A stretch of 64,000 nucleotides of DNA from NCBI RefSeq assembly GCF_009914755.1, contig NC_060937.1; one strand, given 5' to 3'. Position numbers and translations under genes: made by a program. This document shows positions 1 to 15,812 of this stretch, in pieces. Source of the stretch: the human T2T-CHM13v2.0 reference genome, Homo sapiens. The notes beneath the pieces are model-generated. The model ran no database searches and was not told where the DNA came from. It saw nothing but the letters and a program-made list of their open reading frames with translations. Position 1 is the first letter of the stretch. Each line of letters opens with the position of its first letter.

Positions 1-647
1 AAAGACAAATCAGTAGAACAAGGTAAAGTTTGAAGTGGGATCATACATATGATTATACACATGCACATATATCCACAAAAACAAATACATTTTTAGTGTA
101 TGATAAAGATGGCATCTTAATTCTATGGAAAGTTTATTTAGTCTGTGAACTGTGTGCAGTAGGTCTGCAGCAAGATAAGTAGCATGTGACTAAGCTGACT
201 GTTTAGTTCTGTTTATATATTTTTCTCACAGAAAGACTTTCTCAATGAAAGGTACAAGGCAATGCGCTACATTCTGGTATAAGCTTCTTAATCTGTTGCA
301 GACCTATAAGAAAAATTATATGGTTTAATGCTTTGAATAACAAGGCCCTGGAGAACTTATTTTATTCTCCTTTGTGCCAGAATATGTTTTTATATATTTT
401 AACAGCCTTTTTAAGGAATAATTGACATAAAAACTGCATGCATTTAAAGCATACAATTTGATAAGATTTGACACACGTGTAAAGTCATCATCACAATCAA
501 GCTTTTGAACATAATCACCCCCAAATTTTCCTCATGCCCCTTTGTTTTATTATACCCAACTCCTGCATTCCCAGCCAACTATTAATCTGCTTTCTGATTA
601 GTTTACATTTCATAGAAATGTATATCAGTGGAATTATAGAGTATGCA

Positions 648-1004
648 TGTCAGGCCTCTGAGCCCAAACTAAGCCATCATATCCCTGTGACCTGCATGTA
701 CATATCCAGATGGCCGGTTCCTGCCTTAACTGATGACATTGTCTTGTGAAACTCCTTCTCCTGGCTCATCCTGGCTCAAAAGTTCCCCTACTGAGCACCT
801 TGTGACCCCCACTCTGCCCACCAGAGAACAACCCCCCTTTGACTGTAATTTTCCTTCACCTACCCAAATCCTATTGGCCCCACCCCTATCTCCCTTTGCT
901 GACTCTCTTTTCGGACTCAGCCCACCTGCACCCAGGTGAAATAAACAGCTTCGTTGCTCACACAAAGCCTGTTTGGTGGTCTCTTCCCACGGACGCGCAT
1001 GAAA
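648..1004 (+). mobile_element. HERV-H 5' LTR (LTR7 family), 357 bp
   Basis: Starts TGTCAGGCCTCTGAGCCCA and ends GGACGCGCATGAAA. AATAAA at 940-945. Confidence 0.95.
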
Positions 1005-1006
1005 TT

Positions 1007-1024
1007 TGGTGCTGTAACTCGGAT
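1007..1024 (+). promoter_or_regulatory. Primer binding site, tRNA-His
   Basis: TGGTGCTGTAACTCGGAT, 2 mismatches from TGGTGCCGTGACTCGGAT, 2 nt after the LTR. Confidence 0.9.
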
Positions 1025-1147
1025 TGGGGGACCTCCCTTGGGAGATCAATCCCCTGTCCTCCTGCTCTTTGCTCCCTGAGAAAGATCCACCTAGGACCTC
1101 AGGTCCTCAGACCAACCAGGCCAAGAAACATCTCACCAATTTCAAAA

Positions 1148-1156
1148 CCGGTAAGC
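1148..1156 (+). promoter_or_regulatory. HERV-H major splice donor
   Basis: CCG|GTAAGC, about 150 nt downstream of the 5' LTR, at the expected leader position. Confidence 0.7.
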
Positions 1157-1409
1157 GGCCTCTTTTTACTCTCTTCTCCAGCCTCCCTCACTATCCCTCA
1201 ACCTCTTTCTCCTTTCAATCTTGGCACCACACTTCAATCTCTCCCTTCTCTTAATTTCAATTCCTTTCATTTTCTGGTAGAGACAAAGGAGACACGTTTT
1301 ATCCGTGGACCCAAAACTCCGGCGCCGGTGTTTAATCATTGCAGGGACGCCTCTCTGATTATTTACCCAGGTTTCAGAGGTGTCAGACCATGCAAGGACG
1401 CCTGCCTTG

Positions 1410-1765
1410 GTCCTTCACCCTTAGCAGCAAGTCCCACTTTTCTGGGGAAGGGGCAAGTACCCCAATCCCTTCTCTCCATGTCTCTACCCCTTCTCCACCT
1501 TCTAGGGGGCAAGAAACCCCCAACCCCTTCTCCTTCACCCTTAGCGGCAAGTCCCGCTTTTCTGGGGGAGGGGAAAGTACCCCAAACCCTTATATCTCTG
1601 TGCCCCGATCCCTTATTTCCGCTCCCCAACCTCTTATATCTCTGCACCCCGATCCCTTATTTCTGTGCCCCAGCCTCTTATATCTCTGCACTCCAATCCC
1701 TTATTTCTGCACCCCGACCTCGTATCTCTGTGCCCCGACCCCCTTCCCGCTTTTCTGGAGGGTAA
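1410..1765 (+). repeat. HERV-H leader repeats
   Basis: Duplicated block CCTTCACCCTTAGC(A/G)GCAAGTCCC..TTTTCTGGGG at ~1412 and ~1532, followed by ~22-bp tandem units (CTTAT(A/T)TCT(CT)G(C/T)(A/G)CCCCGA-like) at ~1588-1745. Confidence 0.8.
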
Positions 1766-1830
1766 GAACCCCCGAACCCCTTCCCTCCGTGTCTCTACTC
1801 TCTCTTTTCTCTGGGCTTGCCTCCTTCACT

Positions 1831-3031
1831 ATGGGCAACCGTACACCCTCCATTCCTCCTTCTTCTCCCTTAGCCTGTGTTCTTAAGAACTTAAAACCTC
1901 TTCAACTCTCACCTGACCTAAAATCTAAGCATCTTATTTTCTTCTGCAATGTTGCTTGACCCCAATACAAACTCAACAGTAGTTCCAAATAGCCAGAAAA
2001 TGGCATTTCAATTTTTCCATCCTGCAAGATCTAAATAATTCTTGTCGTAAAATTGGCAAACGGTCTGAGGTGCCTGATGTCCAGGCATTCTTTTACACAT
2101 CGGTCCCTCCCTAGTCTCTGTGCCCAGTGCAACTCGTCCCAAATCTTCCTTCTTTCCCTCCCACCTGTCCCCTCGGTCCCAACCCCAAGCGTTGCTGAGT
2201 CTTTCTACTCTTCCTTTTCTACAGACCCATCTGACCTCTCCCCTCCTCCCCAGGCTGCTCCTCGCCAGGCCGACCTAGGTCCCAATTCTTCCTCAGCCTC
2301 AGCTCCTCCACCCTATAATCCTTTTATCACCTCCCCTCCTCACACCTGGTCTGGCTTACAGTTTCATTCCATGACTAGCCCTCCCCCACCTGCCCAGCAA
2401 TTTACTCTTAAAAAGGTGGCTGGAGCTAAAGCCACAGTCAAAGTTAACGCTCCTTTTTCTTTATCCCAAATCAGATAGTGTTTAGGCTCTTTTTCATCAA
2501 ATATAAAAATCCAGCCCAGTTCATGGCTCGTTTGGCAGCAACCCTGAGACACTTTACAGCCCTAGACCCTAAAAGATCAAAAGGCTGTCTTATTCTCAAA
2601 ATACATTTTATTACCCAATCTGCTCCCGACATTAAATAAAACTCCAAAAATTAAATTCCGGCCCTCAAACCCCACAAAAGGATTTAATTAACCTCGCCTT
2701 CAAGGTATACAATAATATAAAAAAGTTGCAATTACTTGCCTCCACTGTGAGACAAACTCCAGCCACATCTCCAGCACACAAGAACTTCCAAACGCCTGAA
2801 CCGCAGCAGCCAGGCGTTCCTCCAGAACCTCCTCCCCTAGGAGCTTGCTATAAGTGCCAGAAATCTGACCACCAGGCCAAGGAATGCCTGCAGCCCAGGA
2901 TCCCTCCTAAGCCGTGTCCCATCTGTGCAGGACCCCACTGGAAATCGGACTGTTCAACTCACCTGGCAGCCACTCCCAGAGCCCCTGGAACTCTGGCCCA
3001 AGGCTCTCTGACTGACTCCTTCTCAGCTTAG
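1831..3031 (+). pseudogene. gag: HERV-H gag, degenerate
   Basis: MGN..SIPPSSPLACVLKNL matrix start at 1831, stop at 1957-1959, PPPY late motif, two CCHC knuckles CYKCQKSDHQAKEC (2846-2887) and CPICAGPHWKSDC (2915-2953). Multiple stops. Confidence 0.9.
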
Positions 3032-3081
3032 CAGCTGAAGACTGATGCTGCCCCATTGCCTCAGAAGCCCCGTAGACCATC

Positions 3082-5580
<2,499 letters not shown>

Positions 5581-5649
5581 CTAACTTAGACTGTGCCCCA
5601 AAAGAACTTGTCATCCCTACTATCTTCTGTCTAGTCATACTCCTATTCA

Positions 5650-6010
5650 CCAGTCTCAACTACTCATACATGCCCTGCTCTTGTTTACACTGCCGGTTTA
5701 CACTGTTTCTCCAAGCCATCACAGCTGATATCTCCTGGTTCTATCCCCAAACTGCCACTCTTAACTCTTGAAGTAAATAAATAATCTTTGCTGACAGGAC
5801 TATGCTGAATTTCCTTAGGCACTCTCTAATTAAATGTCCTAGGTCCTCCCAATTCTTAGACCATTAATACCTGTTTTTCTCCTTCTCTTAATCCGTTTAG
5901 TTTTTCAATTCATACAAAACCTTATCCAGGCCATCACCAATAATTCTAAATGACAAATGTTTCTTCTAACAGTCCCACAATATCACCCCTTACCACAAAA
6001 TCTTCCTTCA
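5650..6010 (+). pseudogene. env: HERV-H env remnant (mostly deleted)
   Basis: Short segment between integrase and PPT with a TM C-terminus-like stretch (ccaattcttagaccattaatacctgtttttctccttctc...atccaggccatcaccaataattct). Far too short for a complete env. Confidence 0.6.
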
Positions 6011-6164
6011 GCTTAATCTCTCCCACTCTAGGTTCCCACGCCGCCCCTAATCCTGCTCAAAGCAGCCCTGAGAAACATCACCCATTATCTCTCCATACCA
6101 CCCCCAAAAATTCTCACCGTCCCAACACTTTACCACTATTTCATTTTATTTTTCTTATTAATAT

Positions 6165-6177
6165 AAGAGGATAGGAA
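6165..6177 (+). promoter_or_regulatory. Polypurine tract
   Basis: AAGAGGATAGGAA immediately before the 3' LTR. Confidence 0.85.
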
Positions 6178-6594
6178 TGACAGGCCTCTGAGCCCAAGCT
6201 AAGCCATCCCTGTGACCTGCACGTACACATCCAGATCACATCCAGATGGCCGGTTCCTGCCTTAACTGATGATATTCCACCACAAAAGAAGTGAAAATGT
6301 CCTGTTCATGCCTTAACTGATGACATTGTCTTGTGAAATTCCTTCTCCTGGCTCATCCTGGCTCAAAAGTTCCCCTACTGAGCACCTTGTGACCTCCACT
6401 CTGCCTGCCAGAGAACAACCCCCCTTTGACTGTAATTTTCCTTTACCTACCCAAATCCTATAAAACGGCCCCACCCCATCTCCCTTCACTGACTCTCTTT
6501 TCAGACTCAGCCCACCTGCACCCAGGTGAAATAAACAGCTTTATTGCTCACACAAAGCCTGTTTGGTGGTGTCTTCACACGGACACACATGAAA
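6178..6594 (+). mobile_element. HERV-H 3' LTR (LTR7, LTR7up-like), 417 bp
   Basis: TGACAGGCCTCTG...GGACACACATGAAA, with ACAAAAGAAG at 6282-6291, TATAAAA at 6459-6465 and AATAAA at 6530-6535. Confidence 0.95.
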
Positions 6595-9540
6595 ATGCAC
6601 ACTTTTTTCTTTTTTTGTGTGGTTTCCTTCACTTAGCATAATTACTTTCAGATATATCAATGCTGTTCATATGTATCTAATAGTTTGTTCTCTTTTATTG
6701 CTGAATAGCATTCCATTTTATGGGTATATAGAGGTTCTTTATCCACTCATCTGTTGGAGAACATCTGGGCAGTTTCCAGTTTTCAGTTATTATAAATAAG
6801 GCTGCTATGAATGCTCATGTTTACATCTTTATATGCACTTCTAGTGTCAATGTAACATAATACAACATTATGACATAGTTCTGGCCATTTATTTAAAAAG
6901 TTAAATATATGCTTAAATATTATCCAATTATTTCACTCTTAGGTAATTATATCCATAAAAACTAAATCCTTTTGATGTAGCTATATTAATTCCAGTTACT
7001 TTATCCCTGTAAATGTACTCACAAATGTAATAATGATATAGGTACAACTATATACATTGCAGCACCATAATTAATGATAGATTATAAACTACATACGTGC
7101 CTGTTGGTAGGGAATACACTAATTTGAGGTACACTCATATACGGAAACATGATCTATCTAAATTGATAATTTAGAAACAGTTTTAGAGACTGACATGAGA
7201 GAATCTCCAAAATATGTGAAAGGTACAGTGCAAGGTGTTAAAGAAGAGTGAATAATGTAATGAAATAATTTGGGTGGGACAAAAAGTTTTCTAAAAATAG
7301 TAAAATTATTTTTATTACTTTGATAAACCATATTTACCTAGAATGTTAACTTTTATGGCTTTACTGTGTAACTTCTTAACTCATAAGTTTCATTATAAAG
7401 GAATCATTTTGGCACTTCAACAGCAAAACTGTAAGAAAGAAGACAACAGACTGTATATATGTATCATTATTATGTATATATATGTATATGCACATGACGT
7501 TAGATGGACCAATAGTAAAATGTCTACTCATTTATTCGTGTTACAATACCACAATACCATTCCAGTAGAAAATCAATGATGGATGTTCACTAGCATTGCT
7601 ATTTGTTTTGTGGTTAAAAGGAACATTAACCAAGAATCATGATCTTAATCATTTTAGAAAGGATCTGAGAAAAAATATTTATCATTCTAATGATTTCAAG
7701 AAAAAAGTTTTTACAGTATAGAATTTTAAAAATTGAAAGTAAAACTGCTTATGGTATTGTTGAAGATTGATGCATTTTTAATTTCAAAATACTATATCAC
7801 ACATCTGTGACATTTTCTAAATAGTTCATATTTTAAGGCAATTTTAGAAAAAAAATCACTGAATGCAATATACTAACAGCTATAAGATTTTGGAGTATAA
7901 TCTTCAATTCTACTTTATTTGTGTTAGAAATAATTGACAGAGGAAATCCATCAATTTTGCCATTTTTAAGAAACACTTTTTTGAATGCTATATTCTTATT
8001 AAAAAGGAAAGCAATGTGCCTTATTATTTGCTTAAGAAATTGAAAATAGCATGTCTCTAAATAGAGTTTGTAGAAGACATGTGGTAGCCTCACACTACCA
8101 AGATTTCATGTGAAATTATAGCTTCATGAAGACCTCTAAAAATCAGCAATTCAATGTTATGCTGATATAGTGAGATGGAATTAACAGGAATCTGCTAAAT
8201 TACAGCACCATTAACCATAGCACCTGTTTTATTTCTTGCAGGATTCCTTTTTAACAAATGACCCTCCACATTTTTCTAACATTTAGAAAAATGAAATAAA
8301 TAACTGAGTTTTATAACTCTGGGGCAACTTGGGGGTTACTTTTTAGTACTTTATACTTCCAAAAAACATCTATTGATTAGCTATTTCTTGCTAGGCCATT
8401 ACACAGCAGGTCAGTGTCATTAGTTCCAATTTATTAATAATGTCCTTTGGGTCTAAAATGGCAAAATGTGTTGGCTGAATCTATCAGGGAATTAGCCAAG
8501 CTCTCAGGTTTAGGACTCAGATAACCAAGTCACATCCTTAGCTTGGCTAAGTCCATTAAACACTCACACTTGCTAGGTCAAGCAAATAATACTTTCACAT
8601 CAGCAGAAATTAGTTCTAATAGTAGGAAAAATAATCTCTGAAAATAGATTTGCTGGACTCATCCATTTTTACACATTTTAGACTTGCCAACTCAGACAAA
8701 AGCTAACGTTTGAAAATGCGTGTACATGAGAATATAAACTACAATCCATCCTCAATATTTATCAGACTCTTTCATTGAGTATGGTTTACTAATATTTTAA
8801 TATGCCAAATGTGGACTTTTAAATCATGTTTAACATCGAGTGTAACCTATCTTCAATAGTCGATAGAGATTTTAAAAATGAACGTGCTGAAATAGCATTT
8901 GGCTGATCTCTTATAGTCCTTTGAAGAAAGACTGTTTATAGGCTGGGGGTAGGGGGGTGGCAGACTTAACTGAAGAAAAAAAAAACACTGCATAAAAAGG
9001 AAAATCTTATTTCACAGAGGTATCATATCTCCAGCAGCACACAATCTGAGAAATGTCCCTTTTAAATCTCTTTATCTATTGGGAACACTTACTGACCGTC
9101 AATAAGCAACATTTAACTTGAAATGCAAAGGAAATGCAGAAATCAACATAACAAGAGAGTTATGATAGAAAAACTTTAAGCAGAGTAGAATGCAAACAAG
9201 CAGTGCATGGAGAATGCACTGTGTTCTTGTAAAGAAGAGGAAGTATCAAATAAATTATGTGTAAAGGAGTAAGAATGCATAAGAAAGACATAAAGAAGAA
9301 GAAAAATGTAACCCAAAAAGTATTGCAGATAATGTAACACAAGCCTAGAGATGATAATTACAGAAAACAGAGCAACTTTCTAACATATCTGCAATAGTCT
9401 TGTAAAATGCATTAATAAATGTTACAAGAAGATAGCAAAGATAAGGAACTTTGATATGTCTTTGGTAGCCATTATGTTTGCAAACTATGAAAAGTAACAA
9501 CATGAAGGGCTTAGTGTTTAAAACTAATAAACTTTTTAAA

Positions 9541-10015
9541 ATTTTGTTTTTAATTCGCAAGTAATAATTACATATTTATAGGGTTCACTGAGATGTTTCA
9601 ATACATATACATATGGTGTAACGATCAAATCAGAGTATTTATTCAGTCACCTCATACATTTATTATTTATTTGTGGTGAGAACATCCAAAATCTTTTCTT
9701 CGAGGTACATGATAAAGAATGAAATCCTGTAATTTGAAGCAACACAGATGTACCTGGAAGACATTATGTTAAGTGACATACGCAAGGTACAGAAAGACAA
9801 ATGTGTGATCTCATTTACATATATAGAGTCTAAAGAAGCTGATCTGAAAGCAGTAGAGAGTAGAACAGTGGTTACCATAGCCTGGGGAAGGTAGGAAGGA
9901 GAGGGGAACCGGGAGAGATTTATCAAGAGGTATAAAATTATATTTACATGGGAGGAACAAGTTCTGGTGTTCTATTGCACAGTAGGGTGACTGTGGTTAA
10001 CACTGTACATTTAAA
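9541..10015 (-). mobile_element. L1MA-type 3' end with inverted upstream segment
   Basis: 9541-9701 is the antisense extreme 3' end. About 9705-10015 is the sense-orientation preceding 3'UTR (aagaatgaaatcctgt...gggtgactgtggttaac). Confidence 0.8.
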
Positions 10016-10640
10016 AGGAATTACCTTTAATATGTTATTTCTTATATAGACTATAATTAATCAAGTAATATCTATTTTAAGTGTTTAAAAATCTGGTTAT
10101 AATCCTATGCACCTATTTATATTAATATATTAAAAAGGCAATACTAATTCTGAAAACACAAAGATGAATTGATTATATCACCAATAACTGAAATTAAGTG
10201 AACTGGTATCTTCTTGGTTACCCTACTTAGGTTTAGATAAAATAGCATAATATAAACTTTCTGGGCAGAGAATGAGTTTTTTTTTTTTTAATAGAATGAG
10301 TATCTAAATTTCAACATATAGATAGACACATAAGTGTGAGAAAACCTTAAAAGTTCAACATCTATATATTTTGTTATTGTATTATGAAAGTCAATAAGAG
10401 ACATTCTGAGATGATTTCAGTGTCATCCACCCAAATTTTTGTATTTAATGGACATTCAAATGTATGATCATGTTTTGCATTCAATCAAATACTTGTATCT
10501 GATACAATGTTATTCAGACTATACCTTTAGTCATATAAGTGACTTACCCATGGTTATATGTAATATTTTATAAATTCTGAGATAAAAATTTCTCAACCTT
10601 TAAATGTGTGAAGTAATGAAGTTCAAAGTTAGTGGCATTT

Positions 10641-12664
10641 TAGTATTGTATCATGCATAGCCTACATTTTAGCTTTAAATTTAAAGTAAATTTCTTTTGG
10701 CATATAAAATAAAGATGTGTTTTAAAATGCTGTACTTGTATTTAAAGAAATGTTTTATCTCAAAAATGTTTTGTAGAGCAATTATCAATAAAATAAAACA
10801 ATTTTAATTTTAGATAAATTTGAATAAAATGAAATAAAATACAGATGAATTTAGCTGAATTTAATTTAAATATAAATAAGCTTAAATTTAGATGAATTTA
10901 ACTTAAATATATATATAAACATCTATTACTTATTCATAATAGCAAAGCAAAACACAAAACATAAAGGATGGAATTTTGTTTCTGTTCTTGTTTATCATTA
11001 CTTCTGAGGTTTCATGTTATTTTTTTAAACTTCATCTTTTATTTTAGACACAGGGGGTGCATGTGCAGGTTTGTTTCATGGGTATATTGCACTCAGGTAG
11101 TCAGCATAGTGCCCAACAGGTAGTTTTTCAACCCATGTCTTCCCCCTTCCCTTCCCCCTCTAGTAGTCCACAGTGTTTGTTGTTCTTGTGTTTATGTCTA
11201 TGTGTGTTTAATGTTTAGCTCCCACTTATAAGTGAAAACATGCAGTATTTGGTTTTCTGTTCTTGCATTAATTATCTTAAGATTATGGCCTCTAGTCCAA
11301 CTATGTTGCTTCAAAGAACATAATTTTATTCTTTTTAATGGCTCCATAGTATTCCATAGTGAACTTTTTCTTTATTCAGTCCACCATTGATAGACACCTA
11401 GGTTGATTATGTGTCTTTGCTATTCTGAATAGCTTTTTGACGAACATACAAGTACATGTGTCTTTTTGGTTGACTGATCTATTTTCCTTTGTGTATATAT
11501 CCAGTAATGAGATTTCTGGGTCAAATGGTAGCTCTGTTTTAAGTAATTTGGGAAATTTCCAAACTGCTTTCCACAGTGGTTGAACTAATTTACATTCCCA
11601 TCAACAATGCATAATAGTTCCCTTTTCTCTGCAGCCTTGCCAGTATCTGTTGTTTTTGACTTTTTAATAATAGCCATTCTGACTGATGTGAGCTGCTATC
11701 TCACTGTGGTTTTGATTTGTTTTTTACTATGATGAGCATTTGTTCATATGTTTGTTGGCCTTGTGTATGTCTTCTTTTTAGAAGTGTCTGTTCATGTCCT
11801 CTGTCCTTTTTAAATATGGTTGTTTTTTGCTTGGTGATTTATGTTCCTGATATGTTCTGGACATTAGACCTTTGTCGGATGCATAGTTTCTGAATATTTT
11901 ATCATATTCTGTAGGTTTGCAACTCTATGGATGATTGATTTTACTGTACAGAAGTTCTTTAGTTTAATTGGGTCCCACTTGCTAATTTTTGTTTTTGTTG
12001 CAATTGCTTTGAGAACTTAGCCAAAAATTACTTGCTAAGGCTGATGTCAAGAAGGATGTTTCCTAGGTTTTCTTCTAGGATTTCTATAGTTGAGATCTTA
12101 CATTTAAATCTTTAATCCATTTGGAGTTAATTTTTGCATACAGTGAAAGGCAAGGGTCTAGTTTCATTCTTCTGCCTTTGGCTAGCCAGTTATTCCAGTA
12201 CCATTTATTGAATAACGGGTCCTTACCCCATTACTGAAACAGATCTATTGATGCTTCAAAATGCAATGGAATTATAGGATGGAAAGATAAATGGAATTGA
12301 GTATAAGAAATGGCTTATGTTCTAAATATCAGATTCCTGAAAAAAATCATTTTATTTAAAAAAATCATTCGTTTTAAAAATAACATTGTTTATACAGTAT
12401 TTTTATTTTTAATTGAAAAATAACAGGCTTAGATTAACACACATATAGCTAACATATATAAATTATATCTACAAAGCATTAATTGAAAATATACTTTAAA
12501 TATAATTTTAAAACCAGAAATAATGTTAGTATTGTATCACATGTGTAGCCTGATTTTTAGCTTTAAAGTAATTTCTTTTGGCATGTAAAATAAAGATGTG
12601 TCTCAAAAAGATGTACTTTTATTTAAAGAAATATGTTATCCCAGAAAAGTTTGGTGGAGCAATT
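10641..12664 (+). repeat. Diverged ~140-bp direct repeat pair (10641-10783 and 12527-12664)
   Basis: Both copies read TAGTATTGTATCA...TTTTAGCTTTAAA...TTTCTTTTGGCAT.TAAAATAAAGATGTGT...TATTTAAAGAAAT...GAGCAATT. Confidence 0.85.
11020..12234 (-). mobile_element. L1PA13-16/L1PB-like 5'-truncated LINE-1
   Basis: Antisense 3'UTR (gggtgcatgtgcaggtttg...ctcccacttataagtga) followed by the ORF2 C-terminal region (gctttccacagtggttgaactaatttacattccca; tcctaggttttcttctagga). Confidence 0.88.
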
Positions 12665-14524
12665 TCAAAAATGTGTATAGGGGGTGAGTATATAAAGATT
12701 TTCTCTTATTTTTTACAATAAAACATTTCTTAAATGGAATTTGATTCCCACTAGTGTTTATACCATGGTAGTATTATATGTATCATAACTTTTAGTTTCC
12801 TCTTAATTTAGACCATATATCAGTTCATATTCATAAATAATAATGCTATTTCTAAACTTGTTTGGGAAAGTTTTATGTAAAGATGTAAACCATGTCAAGC
12901 AACATATTTGAGAATTTCACACATATTTCTTATCAATTCTCCTTCAGTGATTCTTTGGGAGAATTGAACTCTTTTCTATATAGGAAAATTAATATTAACA
13001 TTTATTTATTATAATTTATCATTTATAAGTTAATGTGTTTCCAAATTGAATATTGTATTTCATTAAAAGTTCTTTATCCATTAATCCGTGGAGATTCTTT
13101 AAATCAATTTTGTCTAAGAATATATGCAAATGACTACTTGCCAAACAATCTATACTTTTTCATTTGTTCTGTTTCTATTCATTCCATCTTTTGGGGATTT
13201 GTTAATATCAGGGCTTTGAATAAAGAATAACCATCAATTTTCACAACCCACGTGTAATAGAAACGATTTATCTTGTATTATAAAGCTTAAAAGACATAAC
13301 ACCCTTCATTTTTTTCCCTCTGAAATATTTTTTATCTACTACCTTGGAGTACTAATTCTGTGCAATTGCAGAACAGCATAGAATTGTGCTTATAATATGG
13401 CTGCAATGAAAAGCACATTAGGGATAAATCATAACACTATGACAGCATATAGTAAAATTTTTATAGATGTAAGAACTTAGAGTCAAGTTATATTTCTGCA
13501 AGACAAATTAAAAATTAATTATTACCAAGCAAAATAATATGTGTAAAATACTGTTTTATTTAATATAGAAAACACTGGTAATCACCTGTCCAACAAACAT
13601 TTTTTTTTCCTTTCCTGTCTTGCTAGTGGGACCTTGCTTTCTCTCAGGTCTCCTGCCCCACTCAATGTGATTCTCAGGAAGGTCACTCCATCCTCTGCTT
13701 CAGGGTTAAATCTGTTGCTCAAGATTGTCTTTTGATCTCCATGAACCCAGACTCTGTTCACTGAAAGGATTTCTTTATCTAAAGTCCCCCATGGTCATAT
13801 ATGATTAGTTCACTCCTCCTTGAAATATATGTCAAAATTTTATTATGCCTTTGCAATTTTAGGTATCATTATTCGAAATTCCAAACATGCTTACGCTTTG
13901 AGAATACACGTTATTGGGTTGATGTATTTCTAAAATTAAAGCAGCCTATGTAATATTAGCCTTTTAAACTTTTGAACACTTATAGACATTCTTTTCTGAT
14001 TTATATATCACATAAGGGGCTACTATAATGCAGTAAGGAAAATTGGAGAAATATAAAACTTGGATTTGGGAATTTGAATAAATCTGGGCCAAACTGAGTA
14101 ATATAAAAGAAATCTAGTCAGAAAGTAGAGGACAGAACCCAACTTGAAACAATATAATAAAACAATATATACAACTTATAGCATGAACAATCAAAAGTCA
14201 ATAAGTTGAATATAACAATGGGATAATTGTCTAATGTTATAAAGGAAATAGAAGTCAGAATCAGGATTTCAGTCATAGTAATACAGTCTTAATGTTGGAC
14301 TTCCATTCTGGAAGAAGTGTCTGCAAGTGTAATAACGAATTACATGTGGAAGGAGTATTGGACATTACATCAAGGAAAAGGATCTGACATGGCAAAGAAT
14401 GGCAGAAGTAAAGTTTTTTTCACAAATAATGTACAAACCTTTTCAAGAGCAGCCATTAACTCAGAGCAGTGTTAAAATGAAGATTATCAATTTCTAGCTG
14501 AATCACTTCAATACGGATCCGAAG

Positions 14525-14530
<6 letters not shown>

Positions 14531-14560
<30 letters not shown>
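14531..14560 (+). repeat. Pure (A)30 tract
   Basis: 30 consecutive A residues. Confidence 0.95.
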
Positions 14561-14563
<3 letters not shown>

Positions 14564-15812
14564 GGTTTGGAATCAAAGACATGGATGGGACTGGAACTAC
14601 CCAGTTGATGGTAATGAGAGTTTTTTAACACAAAATGTTCATTTGGCATTAGATTTTATCTAGCAATTAGTTTTGTATTACAGTTTCCTGCCCATTACAT
14701 TGCATAGGGTGGGCCCCACAGAAGAAAAAAGATTTCCCTAATAAGGGCCACAAAGATTGGAACATTTGAAACACAGAATGGACTTAGAACGTTTAGACAT
14801 GTCCAGTACTTGAGGTTTTTGTATTGCAAAACCGTATCATTTTCCATGATAGTGGTAGTAGCATGTATGTCACCAAAAAAGCCCTTTCATTTTCAAAATG
14901 TATTTATAAACAATGCACCATTTTCTGGTCCAATGATTTCCTGAAAATAAATATTATTTTGCACATCTGTCTTTCTTATCCTTAGCCAATATAACTTCTT
15001 GCAGTGGACTCTGCTTTTATTATCTACTGTTTTCCAAAGCCTCAAGCCCATGATTCTTTAAGAAACAGAATATTTTGATTTTGTACTTTGTTCTAAGCTC
15101 TTTTCTAAGCTAGTCTAAGACTTTTTAATAATGCCCAAACATATGCACACTATTTCTAAATTGTTACAATCCTATTGTAATTTATTTTTTTCTAGGTTCT
15201 CTGTTTCAGATACGAGTTCAATTAAAACAAAACAAAACAACAAAAACAAGGAGCTCTTTGTTTTTGCTACTGGCTATAGCCATAAAATTGTTTAAAATAT
15301 TCCTAAAATATATTCTTAGAGTCTCAAATTTTTGTTGAAAATTTTAAATGGTTGCTGTTTCTGCCACTAAGAGAAGGGCTTCTAAAAAGGAACTCAATGC
15401 CATTTTTCACTTATGCACATTTTGGGTTATTGACATTTTTCCCAATTTTTTCCATCTTACTACTTTTAACTATATTTTCCTTTCAAGAAGTTAACCTAAC
15501 CACTTTATTAAACTAGTCAGTGTGAGTATAGGACCACAGTTAGTCATAAGTCTGCGTTTATGAACAGAGACTAGGAAAAGCTCTAAGCATTGTCCTCAGA
15601 ATTTGGACTAAACCAAGTGACTTCCTTTCAGAGTTTGATGAGACATGCATCTCGGCACAATTTGTTCTCCTGTCTAATGGATTTAAAACCATTGGTCCTC
15701 CAAGCTAGTCTGCATCAGAGGTGTCTCGGGCCTATTCTCCTTAACTTCTTTATGGGGTACTCTATTATAATATCCAATGTACAGAAAAAAAGTAAACTGC
15801 TCTTACTGTGAG

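Noticed and set aside
839-1765. 308-aa ORF (and the overlapping 206-aa ORF at 1339-1959)
   Set aside because: Non-ATG start inside the LTR. It runs through the C-rich repetitive HERV-H leader, where stop codons are scarce, and has no recognisable domain apart from the gag start at the end of the second ORF.
15180-15250. Acceptor-like polypyrimidine tract plus AG as a cellular exon
   Set aside because: No matching donor or coding signal was found, and such tracts are common in AT-rich DNA.
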